Notes under the pieces: model-generated
The model's input: the letters and a program-made list of their open reading frames with translations, nothing else
Told to the model about the DNA's origin: nothing
The model's database searches: none
Part shown: one piece after another, positions 39,799 through 53,869 of the stretch
Layout: every line of letters starts with the position of its first letter
Position numbering within the stretch: position 1 is the stretch's first letter
Made by a program: the position numbers and the translations under genes
NCBI RefSeq assembly: GCF_964204865.1
Contig: NC_135253.1
Location: 18,600,001-18,664,000, forward strand
DNA length: 64,000 nt
Direction: 5' to 3'
Origin: Styela clava
Lineage: Eukaryota

Positions 39799-41615
39799 CT
39801 CTTCGCGCCCTGAGCCGCACTATAATACGGATGGCGAGAAACACCACCAACCTGAACCGCAGTAAATTGCGGGTAAAATATGACGTCATATCTCCGCTTC
39901 AACGGGCACGAGGCATACGATCTTGGTATCAATCGTTAGTGTGTTTCGAGCCCGTTATTATGAGCTATCGCTCGAACCATTCGAGCGTATTGGGCGATTT
40001 AAAGGGTGTTCCCCTTTTTTGATATTTTTCTGCTTTTTTCTCTGCAGTTGTATGTTTGTTCATTGAAAATTGAAGCTCGTAAACCACCAAAAATAGCTAG
40101 GGAACATTCGTTCTTTGTTTTGAGACTTCAGAGTAGACTTTGGACTATTCATTTGTCGTCGACACAGGGAATAGTGTTTATGACTGCGGACGAGAATCGT
40201 CTTTTTATTATTGTTATGCAGTTATTATTATGTTTTTTTGTTATTATGCAGTTGATTTCGGTTCTAAAGGGATATTGTTATATAAGACGTATTTGTAAGT
40301 TTATTAGGATTCTGGTAGCTATAAATCAGACAAGGTACCGTAATGGAGAATGAGAGCGATTTTGATGCAAGGTAAGTGCAATACCTGCATGCATTCTTCT
40401 GCTATTTTTTAAAAAAAATTTTCTTTATATTCTGAGAAAATGATAGTTTGTAAGCTGACTGTGGCAATTGTTTGAGCAAGCCTCATAGCTTGGACTTGTT
40501 ATTAGTAATAATCCAGTCGTTAATCAACGCAATTTTTCTTTTAGTTCTGGTGACGAGTGAGTCATCTAGCTCCGATGAAGAGGTTGTCCCAGTCCCAGCT
40601 AGGCGCTATGCTGCAAGCACTGAAGATGTACCAGCTGAAGCAGCAGCGTCAACGGGCGGAATGTTCGGAGCTTCGAGCCCTCGGCGATCACGAGTTTGCA
40701 GGGTGTGTTCTGAACGGGACAAAAAAGAAAGAGAAGGCAGTAGCAGAAAATTGAAACAAAAAAGGTCTTCATATTGGTGTGAGAAATGCCAGGTAACACT
40801 TTGTGTTACCCCGTGTTTCGAGAAGTTTCACACCCTCCCAAACTATTGGGAATAGGAATCAAAACTTATGTGCAATATTGTGATGTTGACTTTATCAGAG
40901 ACTGTGATTTTTGTTGACTTTGCCAGAGACTGTGATTTTTGTTGACTTTGTCAGAGACTGATTTTTCTTTTTACGTGCACCAAGGTGTTTTATGTACATA
41001 CTGTGTAATTCTTCATTTTCGCTATTATTATTTCGTATGCACACTTTCTTTTCACATTGTTTTTCACCACTGTTATTCACATTCTTTCAACACTGACTGA
41101 ATTTATTTTTTTTGTGTCATTTTTTACTCATATGTAAATATAAATATCTGATTTTTCGAAAACAAAATTTTCAATTTTTTCGAAAATTTCTGCCATTTAC
41201 CTGAAATTCATCAGCCTACCATGACAATTTCATGTCAGTTAGAGAAAAACTGCAAATTTTCCCAATAAGGTTACACCTCTACCCTTCTTGTGAGTAAGTT
41301 TGATATGTGTAGTGTTTATAGTTTGTGTGTGAGTATTTTGTCTTTGAAAGTGGTCATTTTAGTCATATTTCGGACGAAATTTGAGAGCCGTAAAAAGTGT
41401 GTCAAAGCTGAGCCATGCCACTGGCTTGCTGTTAGAACAGGTGTGAAAAACTTAGTTTCCTGGTGCTGTGCTTGGAGTTGCCTTTCAAAAAAACCAAGAA
41501 CTGTAGGGATTGGGCCTATGGTTAGCTTTTGACAATTTTTTAAAGTTTGTGAATTTTGTTCGAAAACGCCAGGAATATAGTGTTTTTTCGATATCGCGGT
41601 CCAGGGCAGAAAGAG
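39799..41615 (+). mobile_element. Second copy of the piggyBac derivative, made by the 4,121-bp duplication
   Basis: Same element and flanks at +4121; mini-ORF at 40350-40855. Confidence 0.88.
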
Positions 41616-43859
41616 TTGACGGGGTGTTCGCCACGTATAAATTTTTTATTATCGCAGACTTCTAAATGTAAACACGTGTTTATTACTATTTATTTTTACA
41701 ATTTACTTTTTTCATACCAACCTTAGTTAATTGAAGTTGACACCATTTTATGCAGTTTGGCACCTCAGTTGCGATCTCTTCCATAGTTTTGTTACTCCAT
41801 AAACTTACTGCCATTCCTACGCCAATTGATTCGGCGGCTGAATAAAAATCATTTCATATTGTGTTTTATTGTGTGTTATTAACTCAATCTAATGTTCGAG
41901 ATATATAATATTGAAAGAAATATATGCTGCAGTCTATTTACCTCTTGCAGTACAAAATTCACCTTCTGGTGCACACAGACGATGTAATGCCGTTGGTGCA
42001 ATACATATTGGAAAAGGTACTTTCGAACCAATTACTTCTGTCGCACAATTCACTCTGCTAACGTTCTTTAAATTCCTGGGTCGAAATCGCCATCTGTGTA
42101 TAATATTGCATTTGAAATATTTTTCTCATTATTTTTTGATTCATTTATCCAACAACCATAACCCAGCAGTATTGAAGCAATACTTTTAAATAATGTTTGA
42201 GAAATATTATTTTCATGAATTCTCGAAGTTTGCTCTAAATTTGAATTCATAAGATATAACTTGTGCAAAATTCGAGATAGCGCACCAAGTTAGTAGCCGT
42301 GTCAAGTGTTATAAGAGCAAAACAACAATATCCACCCAGCACATTAAGTATTCAAGTAAAAACAGAAGTAATAGGCCAAAAAAAAACGTCAAAATGTTAT
42401 TCGCCATATTAAATCGTTAATTTCCCTTTTAAATGCTTCACAATTTTCTTTTATAGTTTCTCCTCCTACAGCTCCTGCAGCAAAGTAGCCCCAATCATGT
42501 TGCGATAACTTTTTTCGAGCCTCTCCCTCATAATCGCTTACTGATAGCAATAAATTATCCATGGACAGAAGGTTTAAACTCTTCGCCAGTAAACTAAAAT
42601 TGTAAGCATGTAGGAAAAGCACACACATATATAAGGGATTTATTTGCAATTCAACTCATGAGTCGACAGAATCAAAGATTCCCGGAAACAATACAATTGA
42701 TTGCTTGAATTGATTAAACCTTAAATATCAATTGCGCGAAGTCTGGATCGTCACATACAAAATCTTTCTAATCTAAAATATACATCTTACTTCTGTCTAC
42801 ATTTAGAATTCAACACAACCCCTGCAATGGTTATTTGAATCAGTCGACAACTGAAATCGCTATCGCAATCGCGCAACTCATTTCGAGTCCAAATTGCAAC
42901 AAAAGTCAAGTGCGATTTTTTTTATCACTGCCATTACCATATCTACTGGTGAGTTTGCGACACGTTCTAAACAAACACCGTTGTCGCCACATTGTATGTA
43001 TACACTGATTCATTCAGGAAAACCATGCTTGAAGTATAAATCCAGGGAACTAACCACACTCGTTTTAACGAATGTCACACATGGCAGTGAGAAAATTCTC
43101 CAAACTAGCTGAGCTAGTTTAAGTACCAAGTTTATTGCATTGCCGTTAAAGCCTCCAATGACGTTTGAATCATGAAAGGTTCCTGTGGTTACATCTCTTG
43201 GTGATGCTCGGAGTCTTTCAAATAAATGAGCGTTTCTGTATATGCCAGACCGTCTCTGCGCACTTAAACATACTTATATATATCTGAATAAATTTTTATT
43301 CGACTCTCTGTGACACTTTCTATTCAATCTTTTTTTCGTGTACTGTTTTTTTCACGCGTCCTTCACCCCGAAAGACTATTTTGTCTCCTGTTTTACACTG
43401 TATGCATACGTTAAGTACTTTCAGTATTGATGGAAAAGAGAATTGCTGATTGACTGACGTACGTTATGTGCAGTAGATGTAGTTTTGTTAATTAGATTTC
43501 AGTTTAACTTTTATGTTTTTCAGACTTTCTTGTCGTTTAGTTTGAAGTCCTTTTTGTTTTTGTACAGTTTGGGCAGTTTATAATGTGTCCATATATAAAC
43601 ATATAAATATAAACTAAAACATATTATTAGTACAACAACAAAAACAAAATTCTTCTTTAAGTACGACTAAATTCTTCTTGGTTGGGAAAAGTGGGTTAAG
43701 TTAATTGCAAGCGTTAACTAGCTAATATTGATCAACCAATTAACCGGCTGAACTGTCTTAATTTTAAAGACGCCACAAAAACGATATGGTTTATTTAGTG
43801 TCTTGCAGCACCGTCCGCTGGAGACAAACATCGCGAAGAAAATTTTCCCACTACCTTGT

Positions 43860-44046
43860 GGTTCCATTACATTTGAACCCACGTACATTTGAACCCATGA
43901 CAATTGCACCTGCATACTATTGCACCTATGGAATTTTTTTTGTTTTACGGATATTTGAACATATACTCACCCTAACCCATGGGTTTTAGCACCCGTATAT
44001 AGATTCAACCCGCGGATATACGCATGGGTTCAAATGTACGGTCACC
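43860..44046. mobile_element. Mutator/Foldback-like MITE with perfect 9-bp TSD
   Basis: CTACCTTGT at 43851-43859 and 44047-44055. Confidence 0.8.
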
Positions 44047-46083
44047 CTACCTTGTACCACTAACTCATTGTATATATATAAGACCAACTGCTGTTTCTGT
44101 ATTAAACGTATATTCCCGTATAGCCATCTACCTATCCTTAAAGACGTTTCTAAACACTCTACGTGGATAGACCGCGTAAAACTATCTATAGAAAATTGCC
44201 CTATAATAGCGCAAAGCCATAGTTCACGCTGCCCCAGGCAACAGTTATAATAAATTCAACCATTTCGACAAATCTAATGTATGTCATTTTTATATAATTA
44301 TCTTTTTTTTATCACGAATTGGCGGCCGCGATATATTTCTGTAGTATTGAATTAGAATGTCAAAAACTCCCACATTGATTTATAACGCATCATATCCTTT
44401 CATTGTTCTGTGTGGGATTCACGTCTTGCAGTGCAAGCAGAAAACGAACGCTTCGGGACTTACCCTCGCTATACTAGATTTGTTACTATGATGTCATAAT
44501 TTGGCCTTGTACTAACTTATCAATTATCGACATTTTTCTTTGTCGAATAATAAACTGTAACTTTGCAATATACTGGCGATGTAATTAAAGACTTCACAAA
44601 AAATATTAATATCAGCATTTGCGCAAATCATATCGACCAATTTATCAATTTCTGCATATTTATTATGTCCTGGAGAAATTTAATTCAAAGTTTCGAGAAA
44701 TATCTTGTTTCGTGAACAACTATGTCTGGTGTCGTTTGCAATTCTTCTATTGTAGAAACACCTGGAAACAAATTTATATAAATGAAGCATGTTACTCGTT
44801 AGTTGCAAAATGTAGCTTACTTTGTTTCACTTTTCGGCTGGTCTGTTAGAATTTATGGTGAGGTGTACATGATCGTGATTTTCACTCGCTATCTGGTAAT
44901 TGAAATTTAGTGTGAATTTGATCTGTTTTAGTTACGGTATCACTTATTGCAAGTTGGTAATTTTGGCTGTTATTTGAAGTTTAGCATTGGAATCACTTTG
45001 GTTTTCTCAATAAAATTGTGAAAAACCACCAACTAATATCATGTTTTTGCATTAGGTTAAATGCCTCCAAAGTTCTTCAACGAAGTAAAACTGGAGTTGA
45101 AAAAGAAATTTTTGTCAATAGTGTTTAATTTAAGAAACAAGTTTTATTAAAAACGTTCAAACATGTAGTACATACCGGAATAGCACCAATGTTGCATTAT
45201 GTTATATTAGGTATAAAGACTACCAACTCACCAAGAAATTGCATGGTGTAAATAAATTCGTTTTTGAGAATTTCTAGAACATTCCTCACACCTTCTTCCC
45301 CCTGAAAGGTATTGTTTCGTTTTACTATTGTCATATCAACAAAATATTCTACATGTCTATTAGAATACTTTGCACTAATTTCAGGAAAAATTCACTTTTT
45401 GCAAATGTAATCTTACTCTAGTTTCCGAAAGGGATGATCCTAAAATAAAATCGGCCACATGTTTCACCATCGAACATCATATATAATAATAGCAAATTGG
45501 ATAACTCTCGGTATGTTGGCTCTCTTGAAAATATATGTTAAATACAGAAATGATCTTGTTACATGATTTGCATGCCAGTCCCCAGATTATGGGTCTTCCA
45601 ACAAAAACCGCTTTTGCTCCGAGAGCGATTGCTTTTGCTACGTCTGTTCCTTTACGGATTCCTCCGTCAAAATAAACATCAACTCTGCCATTCACGGCCT
45701 TCACTACTTCTGGAAGAACGTCTATCTAAAATTAATGTCCAGTTTTAAACATGAAACTTCATGAGTTTACATAGGAGATGCAAATCATGGATATGGACAT
45801 AAACTTACATGGACGTGACAACATAACAATCATTGGTATAAAATGATCTTCAGCTTTGTTAAAAAATGTCTTCAGCGGCAGAAAATTCACAAATGGGAAT
45901 TAAAATCTTGCTTCGATTGGACTTTACAATACAGATTTAGATTTAAACTCTCATCGCGAATGAAAAGACGTCAAAAAGAAAAATGATATGAACAACATGC
46001 GTTTCCTATTTTCTCTTTCATTACTTATCGATCTCGATCGGTAAATATGTTGATAAGTATTTGTCTGTCTGTTCGTTTATCTG

Positions 46084-47519
46084 GTGTTGCGGAGCCCCTG
46101 AAAAGGTTGACCATTATTCGCGGAGCCCCAAAAGAAATGTTAAAATTGTAGCTTTCCGATAAATATTCCTGAGTAAGTTAAAAGTACTTAACTTAATTTA
46201 AAGGCTAAACCTTTTTTTAATGGGGTTAATGCAAGTCATAAATAAATCAAAATTTCAAAGATAAATTATATATACTCTTACTAAAGCTGTAAATTTGACA
46301 CTTGACAAACATATTAATAAACTAGGGGTCGAATCTTTTCCCTTTTGACATTTTCGGAAGACTTAAAACTAAAAGGCTGCTAATAACGTGCGCGATTGCA
46401 TTTTGTTACAATCACCGATAGTTTTCGTCAGCATGGCATGTTAAACATCTTTACGCCAGTGTTTATTCTCCCTAAATCAAAAATTTTCTTCGGCTTATAC
46501 ACGTATTGTTCCACAATGACGACGATGATTGCTTTTTTGTTCTCGTGGGGAATTATGAGTTCAATGTGAAAAACATGTTACCATATATAGTCATCGGCGA
46601 CGAAATGCTAAAAATAATAATTAATAATAAAGAGGTAAATCCGCAACTCAAATTTCTTGATTGAAAAACGGCATTCCAAAATATTAAATTTTAAAATAAA
46701 AGATCACACTATAAGTTTGGTTTTAGCAGACTCACGTCAGAATAAAAACGCTTTTATAGGCATTGTAAATCACAAAATTTGGTGTAATGTTAGGTTTTCT
46801 TTGGTTATTCGTAGTACAGTAACTGAGAAATCGAAACACAGTCAATTGTATGCGCGATTTACCTTTTTTTTATTCTGAAACTACCGACGGAGCCGCATGC
46901 ATTAAAATAAATTTCAATCGTATTTTGCCCAGATCTTGTGATTTTTTTAACGGCGATATCTTGCTTAATAATAATCTCGAGTGCAAAAGAACAAATCAAG
47001 TTTGACAAATTCAAAGATCGCAAAAATACGACTCCAATTTATTCATAGGTGGCAGTTTATCACGTATTTTATGTTATTTTAGAATAGTATTCCTTCATTT
47101 TAGTAATCCTAATAGTAATCTCGAATGAAACTTGAGTAACTATGAGTACAATTGAATTATTACGACGAGACACTTTAAATGCTCGCATCGGCCATACATT
47201 GAATATTTTACGCAACAGAAATCTCGTTATCCGTTTTTTATAATCGCAAAGAATGTTGCGCGGAAATTTCCGATTCAAATCCCCACCTCTTGAGAATCCT
47301 GGCTGCGCTCCAGCTTATAAATAATGTCATTTTTCGATTCCGCCTCTTTGCCATATTTCGAGGCTATAATGTTGTCAAATTTTATCAAAGCTGTTATTGT
47401 TTCTTTGAACAGTTACAAAACTAGTCATTATTTTAAAAAGTAATCGGATAGCTCACGGAGCCCCTAGGTTTCTCTCGCGGAGCCCTGGGGCTCCGTACGG
47501 AGCACTTTGAGAACCTATG
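46084..47519. mobile_element. One-end-truncated hAT derivative (about 1.4 kb) nested in the intron-6 HINE of copy 7
   Basis: Right end reads CATAGGTTCTCAAAGTG on the minus strand, with CGGAGCCC subterminal repeats at both ends. Followed by NNNTANNN target TGTTAGAC (47520-47527). Left TIR and most of left TSD missing. Confidence 0.75.
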
Positions 47520-47810
47520 TGTTAGACTATTTCGTATGCTACGTGATATCTCACGAAAGCGAGGTTGAATCTGCTCCGAATTTTGCATGATCATTCATCA
47601 TATCTCGAACCAGAAGCCTATTGATTTTGCATGAAATATGTCGTATAAGCGAGTTATTAAATAATTAGTGATGAGACACGCGGTGTCGCTATTGGGTCAG
47701 AGCGATAGAATTGAAACTGCAGTTCCTGTTCTGGAGGATCCCCTAACTTTCGTCGCTGCGAACGATTGTGTGCGATCGATAAGTCGGTGGTATCCGATCG
47801 CTGTCTAGCT

Positions 47811-48077
47811 ATTACTTATCGATCTTAAGATCGGTAAGTATGTTGATAGGTATTTGTCTGTTTGTTTGTTTGTTTGTTAGATACACGCGATATCTCACGA
47901 AAGCGAGGTCGAATCTGCTCCAAATTTTGCATATGCATTCATCATAGTTCGGAAGCCTATTGATTTTCGATGAATTATGTCGTATAATTAGCGAGTTATT
48001 AATTAATTAGTGATGGGACACACGGTGTCACTATGGAGTAAGAGCGCTGTTTTGGGTCTCCGACCGATATTCTTGTT
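47811..48077 (+). mobile_element. Second HINE-like element (different subfamily) head-to-tail after the first
   Basis: Begins ATTACTTATCGATC, has a (GTTT)n tract, ends CCGACCGATATTCTTGTT. Resembles the copy at 53575 more than its neighbour. Confidence 0.75.
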
Positions 48078-51000
48078 ATTTCAGTTGATTAAAAGCAATC
48101 AATCACAATAGCTAAAAGTTGTGAGACAAAAAAACAAAAACTTGAAATATATATTAAAGATTAAAACAAAGTGTGTAGTTGTCGGAATATGTCAAAACAT
48201 TGTGGTAACTCTTAATACATGAATCGGTCGAAGCCAGAACAGAACAATATCTGATATTTCTCACCATCTATAGAGTCTATATTCATGTATACTCACTGTC
48301 GCGAATGTACTATCCAATATTCGTCCGCCATGGTTTGAGACAATGATTCCGTCAACTTTGTGTTCAACTGCCTTAATTGCCATTTCCGCTTTTAATATAA
48401 AAATAATGAAAAGTTCTTTAAAGAATGTTGGTATTCAATGTTTTATCCATTTATAATTTCCTTATTTGCAATACAAAGCCTAGAACGTATAATAACTTAG
48501 AATAGTTTAAAATCATAACCATAGCTTACCTGTTAGAATTCCTTTAACCACTACAGGTAAGTCCGTAATTTCTTTCAACCAATCGATACTGTCCCATTCA
48601 ACACTTCCATTCATCCAGGATTGAAACGCAGCAAATGCCGACTGGTCAGGTTCCACAATCTTGGTCGATTGTTCAATATTTCTGCTTCTAAAGTAGCCAG
48701 AACATAATTCCACTTAAACGAGTTTAAATGCTCAGTATCTAATTGATGGCATTGCGATTTTGGGTAATTATCAGCGTGTGTGCAGTTTACAAATTTGTGT
48801 CGTCATGTTTTGAGAGCCTGACTTTTTGTGCTTGATTTTGTGCACTTTTTGTAAACTCAAATATTTCGATTTTAGGATAGTTTCTACGTTGTTGAACCTT
48901 GCTTGTGAACCAACGTTTCCCACTCCTTAAGAAATTCCTTTCAGTGAGGAATGTTAACCGTTTTTGAAGAATAATTTTGGTATGTACAATCACTATGATA
49001 TGTATTCACGAACACATAATAAACTGCACAAAACGGGCGTACGACTTGCGCATAACATTAGCAAAGGATTCAATAAAAATGAAATAAAAGTAGTTTTATG
49101 TACAGGGATGGAGGAATAAAAAATTCCAAAATAGACGAAGAAAGAAATTTGACAAAAAGGTTGGGAAACACGGGAAACGTTCAACGTGAAATAAGTTTTG
49201 AAGAGCCAAGAGTAAAATCCATTGATCCTGTCCGATTTAAGTGAAAATAAATGTAGAAATAAATCTTACCTAATGGATGTATCAAAGTTAAATGGTCTTC
49301 CGTCTTCGTATCTATGGTCACGATTTCTAAAAACTGGTTCATCGATAGTTACAATAAATCCTTTGAATCCGTTTTTTTCAGCTCTTCTCACAAAATGCTC
49401 TGTTACGATACGATTCTATGAAATATTTGAATATCAATAAACCAAATATTTGCAAATCTAGAATAGATAGAGACTTTAAATACATACATAAATATAGAAA
49501 ATTTTTAACCGTCATCATTTAGGGTCTAAAGCAGTGGTTCTCAAACTTTTTGAGCCGCGCCTCATTTTTAGAATTTGTCAAGTCTCGCGACCAACCTCAA
49601 AAATAACTAGCTAGCAATAAGCTACAAATAACAGATATTAAGGCGAAATTATGTTTTATTCAACAAATACGTGTATAAAGGGACCTCCAGAAATATGCGC
49701 ACCAAGATGGCGACAACCTGAAGATAGTATGTGTGTACCGGTTAGGGTTCAGGTTGTGCGACATCTTGGTACTTCTGGAGCACCGTAATAAAGAATTGGT
49801 AATGAGGGACGCGTTCCGCCGTTTGAGTACCACTGGTCTGAAGATTATACAATCGGAATGTTGTAGTTTGATATTCACAACTATTTCTATTTCCAGTATT
49901 ATGTCAAATTTGGTATGGTTGAAAAATAATAGAATGAACTGATTTTCTATAACAGAGTTTTCTTTTTTAAAGAATTTCGTTCTTATTCAGTCCTTCATTG
50001 TTAAACTGTTGCTTGTATTAAAACGGGGTGTTCGCCACGTATAATTTTTTTTATTATTGCAGACTTTCAAATGTAAACACATGTTTATTACTATTTACTT
50101 TTACTTTTTTCATACCAACCTTAGTCAATTGAAGTTGACACCATTTTATGCAGTTTGGCACCTCAGTTGCGATCTCTTCCATCGTTTTGTTACTCCATAA
50201 ACTTACTGCCATTCCTACGCCAAGTGATTCGGCGGCTGAAAAAAAAATCATTTTATATTGTGTTTTATTGTGTGATATTAACTCAATCTAATGTTCGAGA
50301 TATATAATATTGAAAGAAATATATGCTGCAGTCTATTTACCTCTTGCAGTACAAAATTCACCTTCTGGTGCACACAGACGATGAAATGCCGTTGGTGCAA
50401 TACATATTGGAAAAGGTACTTTCGAACCAATTACTTCTGTCGAGCAATCCACTCTGCTAACGTTCGTTAAATTCCTGGGTCGAAATCGCCATCTGTGTAT
50501 AATATTGCATTTGAAATATTTTTCCCATTATTTTTTGATTCATTTATCCAACAACCATAACCCAGCAGTATTGAAGCAATACTTTTAAATAATGTTTGAG
50601 AAATATTATTTCCATGAATTCTTGAAGTTTGCTCTAAATTTGAATTCAAAAGATATTACTTGTGCAAAATTCGAGATAGCGCACCAAGTTGGTAGCCGTG
50701 CAAAGTGTTATAAGAGCAAAACAACAATATCCACCCAGCACATCAAGTATTCAAGTAAAAACAGAAGTAATAGGCCAAAAAAAAACGTCAAAATATTATT
50801 CGCCATATTAAATCGTTAATTTCCCTTTTAAATGCTTCACAATTTTCTTTTATAGTTTCTCCTCCTACAGCTCCTGCAGCAAAGTAGCCCCAATCATGTT
50901 GCGATAACTTTTTTCGAGCCTCTCCCTCATAATCGCTTACTGATAGCAATAAATTATCCATGGACAGAAGGTTTAAACTCTTCGCCAGTAAACTAAAATT

Positions 51001-53091
51001 GTAAGCATGTAGGAAAAGCACACACATATATAAGGGATTTATTTGCAATTCAACTCATGAGTCGACAGAATCAAAGATTCCCGGAAACAATACAATTGAT
51101 TGCTTGAATTGATTAAACCTTCTCGGTAGGATTCAAAATAGGTAACAAAAAATATCAATTGCGCGAAGTCTGGATCGTCACATACAAAATCTTTCTAATC
51201 TAAAATATACATCTTACTTCTGTCTACATTTAGAATTCAACACAACCCCTGCAATGGTTATTTGAATCAGTCGACAACTGAAATCGCTATCGCAATCGCG
51301 CAACTCATTTCGAGTCCAAATTGCAACAAAAGTCAAGTGCGATTTTTTTTATCACTGCCATTACCATATCTACTGGTGAGTTTGCGACACGTTCTAAACA
51401 AACACCGTTGTCGCCACATTGTATGTATACACTGATTCATTCAGGAAAACCATGCTTGAAGTATAAATCCAGGGAACTAACCACACTCGTTTTAACGAAT
51501 GTCACACATGGCAGTGAGAAATTTCTCCAAACTAGCTGAGCTAGTTTAAGTACCAAGTTTATTGCATTGCCGTTAAAGCCTCCAATGACGTTTGAATCAT
51601 GAAAGGTTCCTGTGGTTACATCTCTTGGTGGTGCTCGGAGTCTTTCAAATAAATGAGCGTTTCTGTATATGCCAGACCGTCTCTGCGCACTTAAACATAC
51701 TTATATATATCTGAATAAATCTTTATTCGACACTCTATGACACTTTTTATTCAATCTTTTTTCCGTGTACTGTTTTTTCGCGCCTTTCTTCACCCCGAAA
51801 GACTATTTTGTCTTCTATTTTACACTGTATGCATACGTTAGGTACCTTCAAAATTGATGGGAAAGAGAATTGCTGATTGACTGACGTACGTTATGTGCAG
51901 TAGATGTAGTTTTGTTAATTAAATTTCAGACCGCTTAGTACAACTGAGGGTCTTAGTTGCGGATTCGTCGGGTATCATCTAGTTCCAGTAGCCTATCCCT
52001 TGTTTCAGATGCGGACTAGAGGGGCATATAATCCGCGATTGTCGCAGTCCACGGGCTCTTCACGATCTATGGCATGCCAACACGGTAAGCGAACAGGTCA
52101 ACGAGATTGTCCAAATAATGCGGGTGGACCAACATATTTTTTGTTCCGACAACCAGGACATATAGCAGAAACTTTTCCATGACCACTGAACAAAATCCAG
52201 CAACTACTACTTCCACCTCAAACCAGTCTTTAAACTCATGACAGCAAGAATGAGATCCGCATTCACTGCTAACATGATTTCCGATGACGATATAGGAACC
52301 CACTATTTTTGACTACGATTTCTTCACTTACATGGAATAATGAATGACATGTCAAGGGTTCAGTAAATAATGTGCCTGGGCGGATGTCTGGCTCATTAAC
52401 ACCACTTTTTATTCCAATTTACAAAATACTTAAGACTTTCCATAGCTGTTTCCTTTTCGAGTATCACCTCGAAGGGCCAACGGTTATTGGTTTTATATGG
52501 TGCAATGGATGTCAACCTGACTATCGATAGCTGGTTGCCAATCTTGGGTTACGGATGGGTATTCTTGGTGTGGACTATTCTGGCAAATGGGACCCTGTTC
52601 GGGTCGTTTGGTTTTTGAGGGACAAAATATTAGGCTTCAGCGTCAAACATCGGTTCCCTGCTCGTTCTGGAAGTGTTGTACTCACTCAATTTCGACAGAC
52701 TTGGCCCGCCCACATAGTAGCCGTCGTCGAGTCAAGGGGAATAGGCAACACCGAATTGGTTGCTTTGTTGGCGCTGGTCGACCCATCTAGGAAGAAAGTG
52801 CCGTTTAGATGAATAATGCAACTGAATATTATGCTGGCTTGTCCGCTGAATCTTTATTTGACATAGCCCAACCACATTTCGTCCGCCAAGTAATTGTGTC
52901 TCCTGTTTCGGAAAAGACGGACGGACGAGCCAGACAGTTTGCCTGAACATCTGCGAGATATGATTACAACGGCGGAAGTACTTTTGGCTGATCAATGGCA
53001 ACAATTGCCTTTTTTGATGAGAGAGTTTAAATTGTCAATCCGGATGGGGAACTTGGGCGCACGACAATGGTTCATCATCACATATTAACTA

Positions 53092-53367
53092 CAAGAGAGC
53101 TGTGCTCAAATATATGGACACGTCACAAGGTGTCGCCATTTTTTATTCTGACACATAAAAAACGAATCTGTTGAAGTGCACAGAATTTTTCGAAATAAGT
53201 AAAAGTGATAGCCTTCTGGCAAAAAAAATCAATCTTCAACCACTGAAAATTTCAAAGCAATTGGTCCAGTATTCGAAGAGAAAAGCGATTTCATCATGAC
53301 GAAAGAGAAGAATAATAACAATAACATAATATTGAAACGATCGTTATGTACACTGACGTGTCCAACA
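53092..53367. mobile_element. About 275-bp insertion interrupting the gypsy pol remnant; family uncertain
   Basis: AT-rich block with (AAT/AAC)n tract separating pol segments HHHILTT and ILQPIRQ that are normally contiguous. Confidence 0.5.
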
Positions 53368-53574
53368 ATACTGCAGCCTATTCGACAGGCAGTCCGGAGC
53401 CTGGGTTGGACAATGAGACAAATAGCGGAGGACGCTGTAGACAAAATGCTTGAACTAGGGATGATTGAGCTGAGTGATAGCCCGCACTTGCCATCAATTG
53501 TTCTGATACGGGTGTATCCGTTTTTGTAGTGATTTTTGATAGCTTCATTCAATCACTTACTAGGATACCTACGC

Positions 53575-53869
53575 TTATTACTTATCGATTTTAATCGGTA
53601 AGTATGTTGATAGGTATTCGTCTGTCTGTCTGTTAGATGCACGCGATATCTTACGAAAACGAGATTGAATATGTTCCAGATTTTGCATGTGCATTTATCA
53701 TTATCTTGGACCAGAAGCCTATTGATTTTGGGCGAATTATGTCGTATAATTAGCGAGTTATTAATTAATTAGTGATGGGACACAAGGTGTCACTATAGAG
53801 TAAGAGCGCTGTTTTGGGGATCCCCTAATTTTCGATCGATAAGTCTTCGGTCTGACCGATATTCTCGTT
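53575..53869 (+). mobile_element. HINE-like element, same family as in intron 6
   Basis: TTATTACTTATCGAT...(GTCT)n...GATCGATAAGTC...CCGATATTCTCGTT. Confidence 0.78.

Larger units (their letters stand above)
34145..42386. repeat. 4,121-bp direct tandem duplication (34145-38265 / 38266-42386)
   Basis: All ORF-track entries repeat at +4121. Junction ggcc-A12-gcctag joins the intron-1 A9 run to the intron-5 A3 run. Confidence 0.95.
32077..42562 (-). pseudogene. HAO1: Hydroxyacid oxidase-like copy 6 with internal duplication of exons 2-5
   Basis: Exon order 1-2-3-4-5-2-3-4-5-6-7-8-9. Exon 5 ends in phase 1 and exon 2 needs phase 2 (572 nt duplicated), so the all-exon mRNA is frameshifted. Individual exons intact (F82L, W208C). 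Functional only if one block is skipped. Confidence 0.75.
44685..50961 (-). pseudogene. HAO1: Hydroxyacid oxidase-like copy 7, intron 7 donor destroyed
   Basis: All exons intact, but after ...LACK the donor reads TCATGT (45565-45566) instead of GTATGT/GTTTGT. Read-through stops at 45477, losing exons 8-9 and SKL. Confidence 0.72.
1..51929 (-). repeat. Head-to-tail tandem array of 7 HAO-family gene units (first unit runs off the left edge)
   Basis: Same exon, intron and intergenic sequence recurs. Stop codons at 5027, 11341, 17935, 25480, 32077, 44685; ATGs at 2894, 9189, 15786, 23328, 29925, 42562, 50961. Unit homology ends at about 51929. Confidence 0.97.

Noticed and set aside
221-51539. 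Many recurring 60-116 aa ORFs in the track (e.g. MQQKSS, MRKSYR, MILSDL, MFHHRP)
   Set aside because: Antisense shadows of HAO exons or intron/spacer frames, often with non-ATG starts. They recur only because the unit is repeated.
1-51929. Whole array as an assembly artefact
   Set aside because: Units differ by many SNPs, private indels and private TSD-flanked insertions. Only the 4,121-bp block remains suspect.
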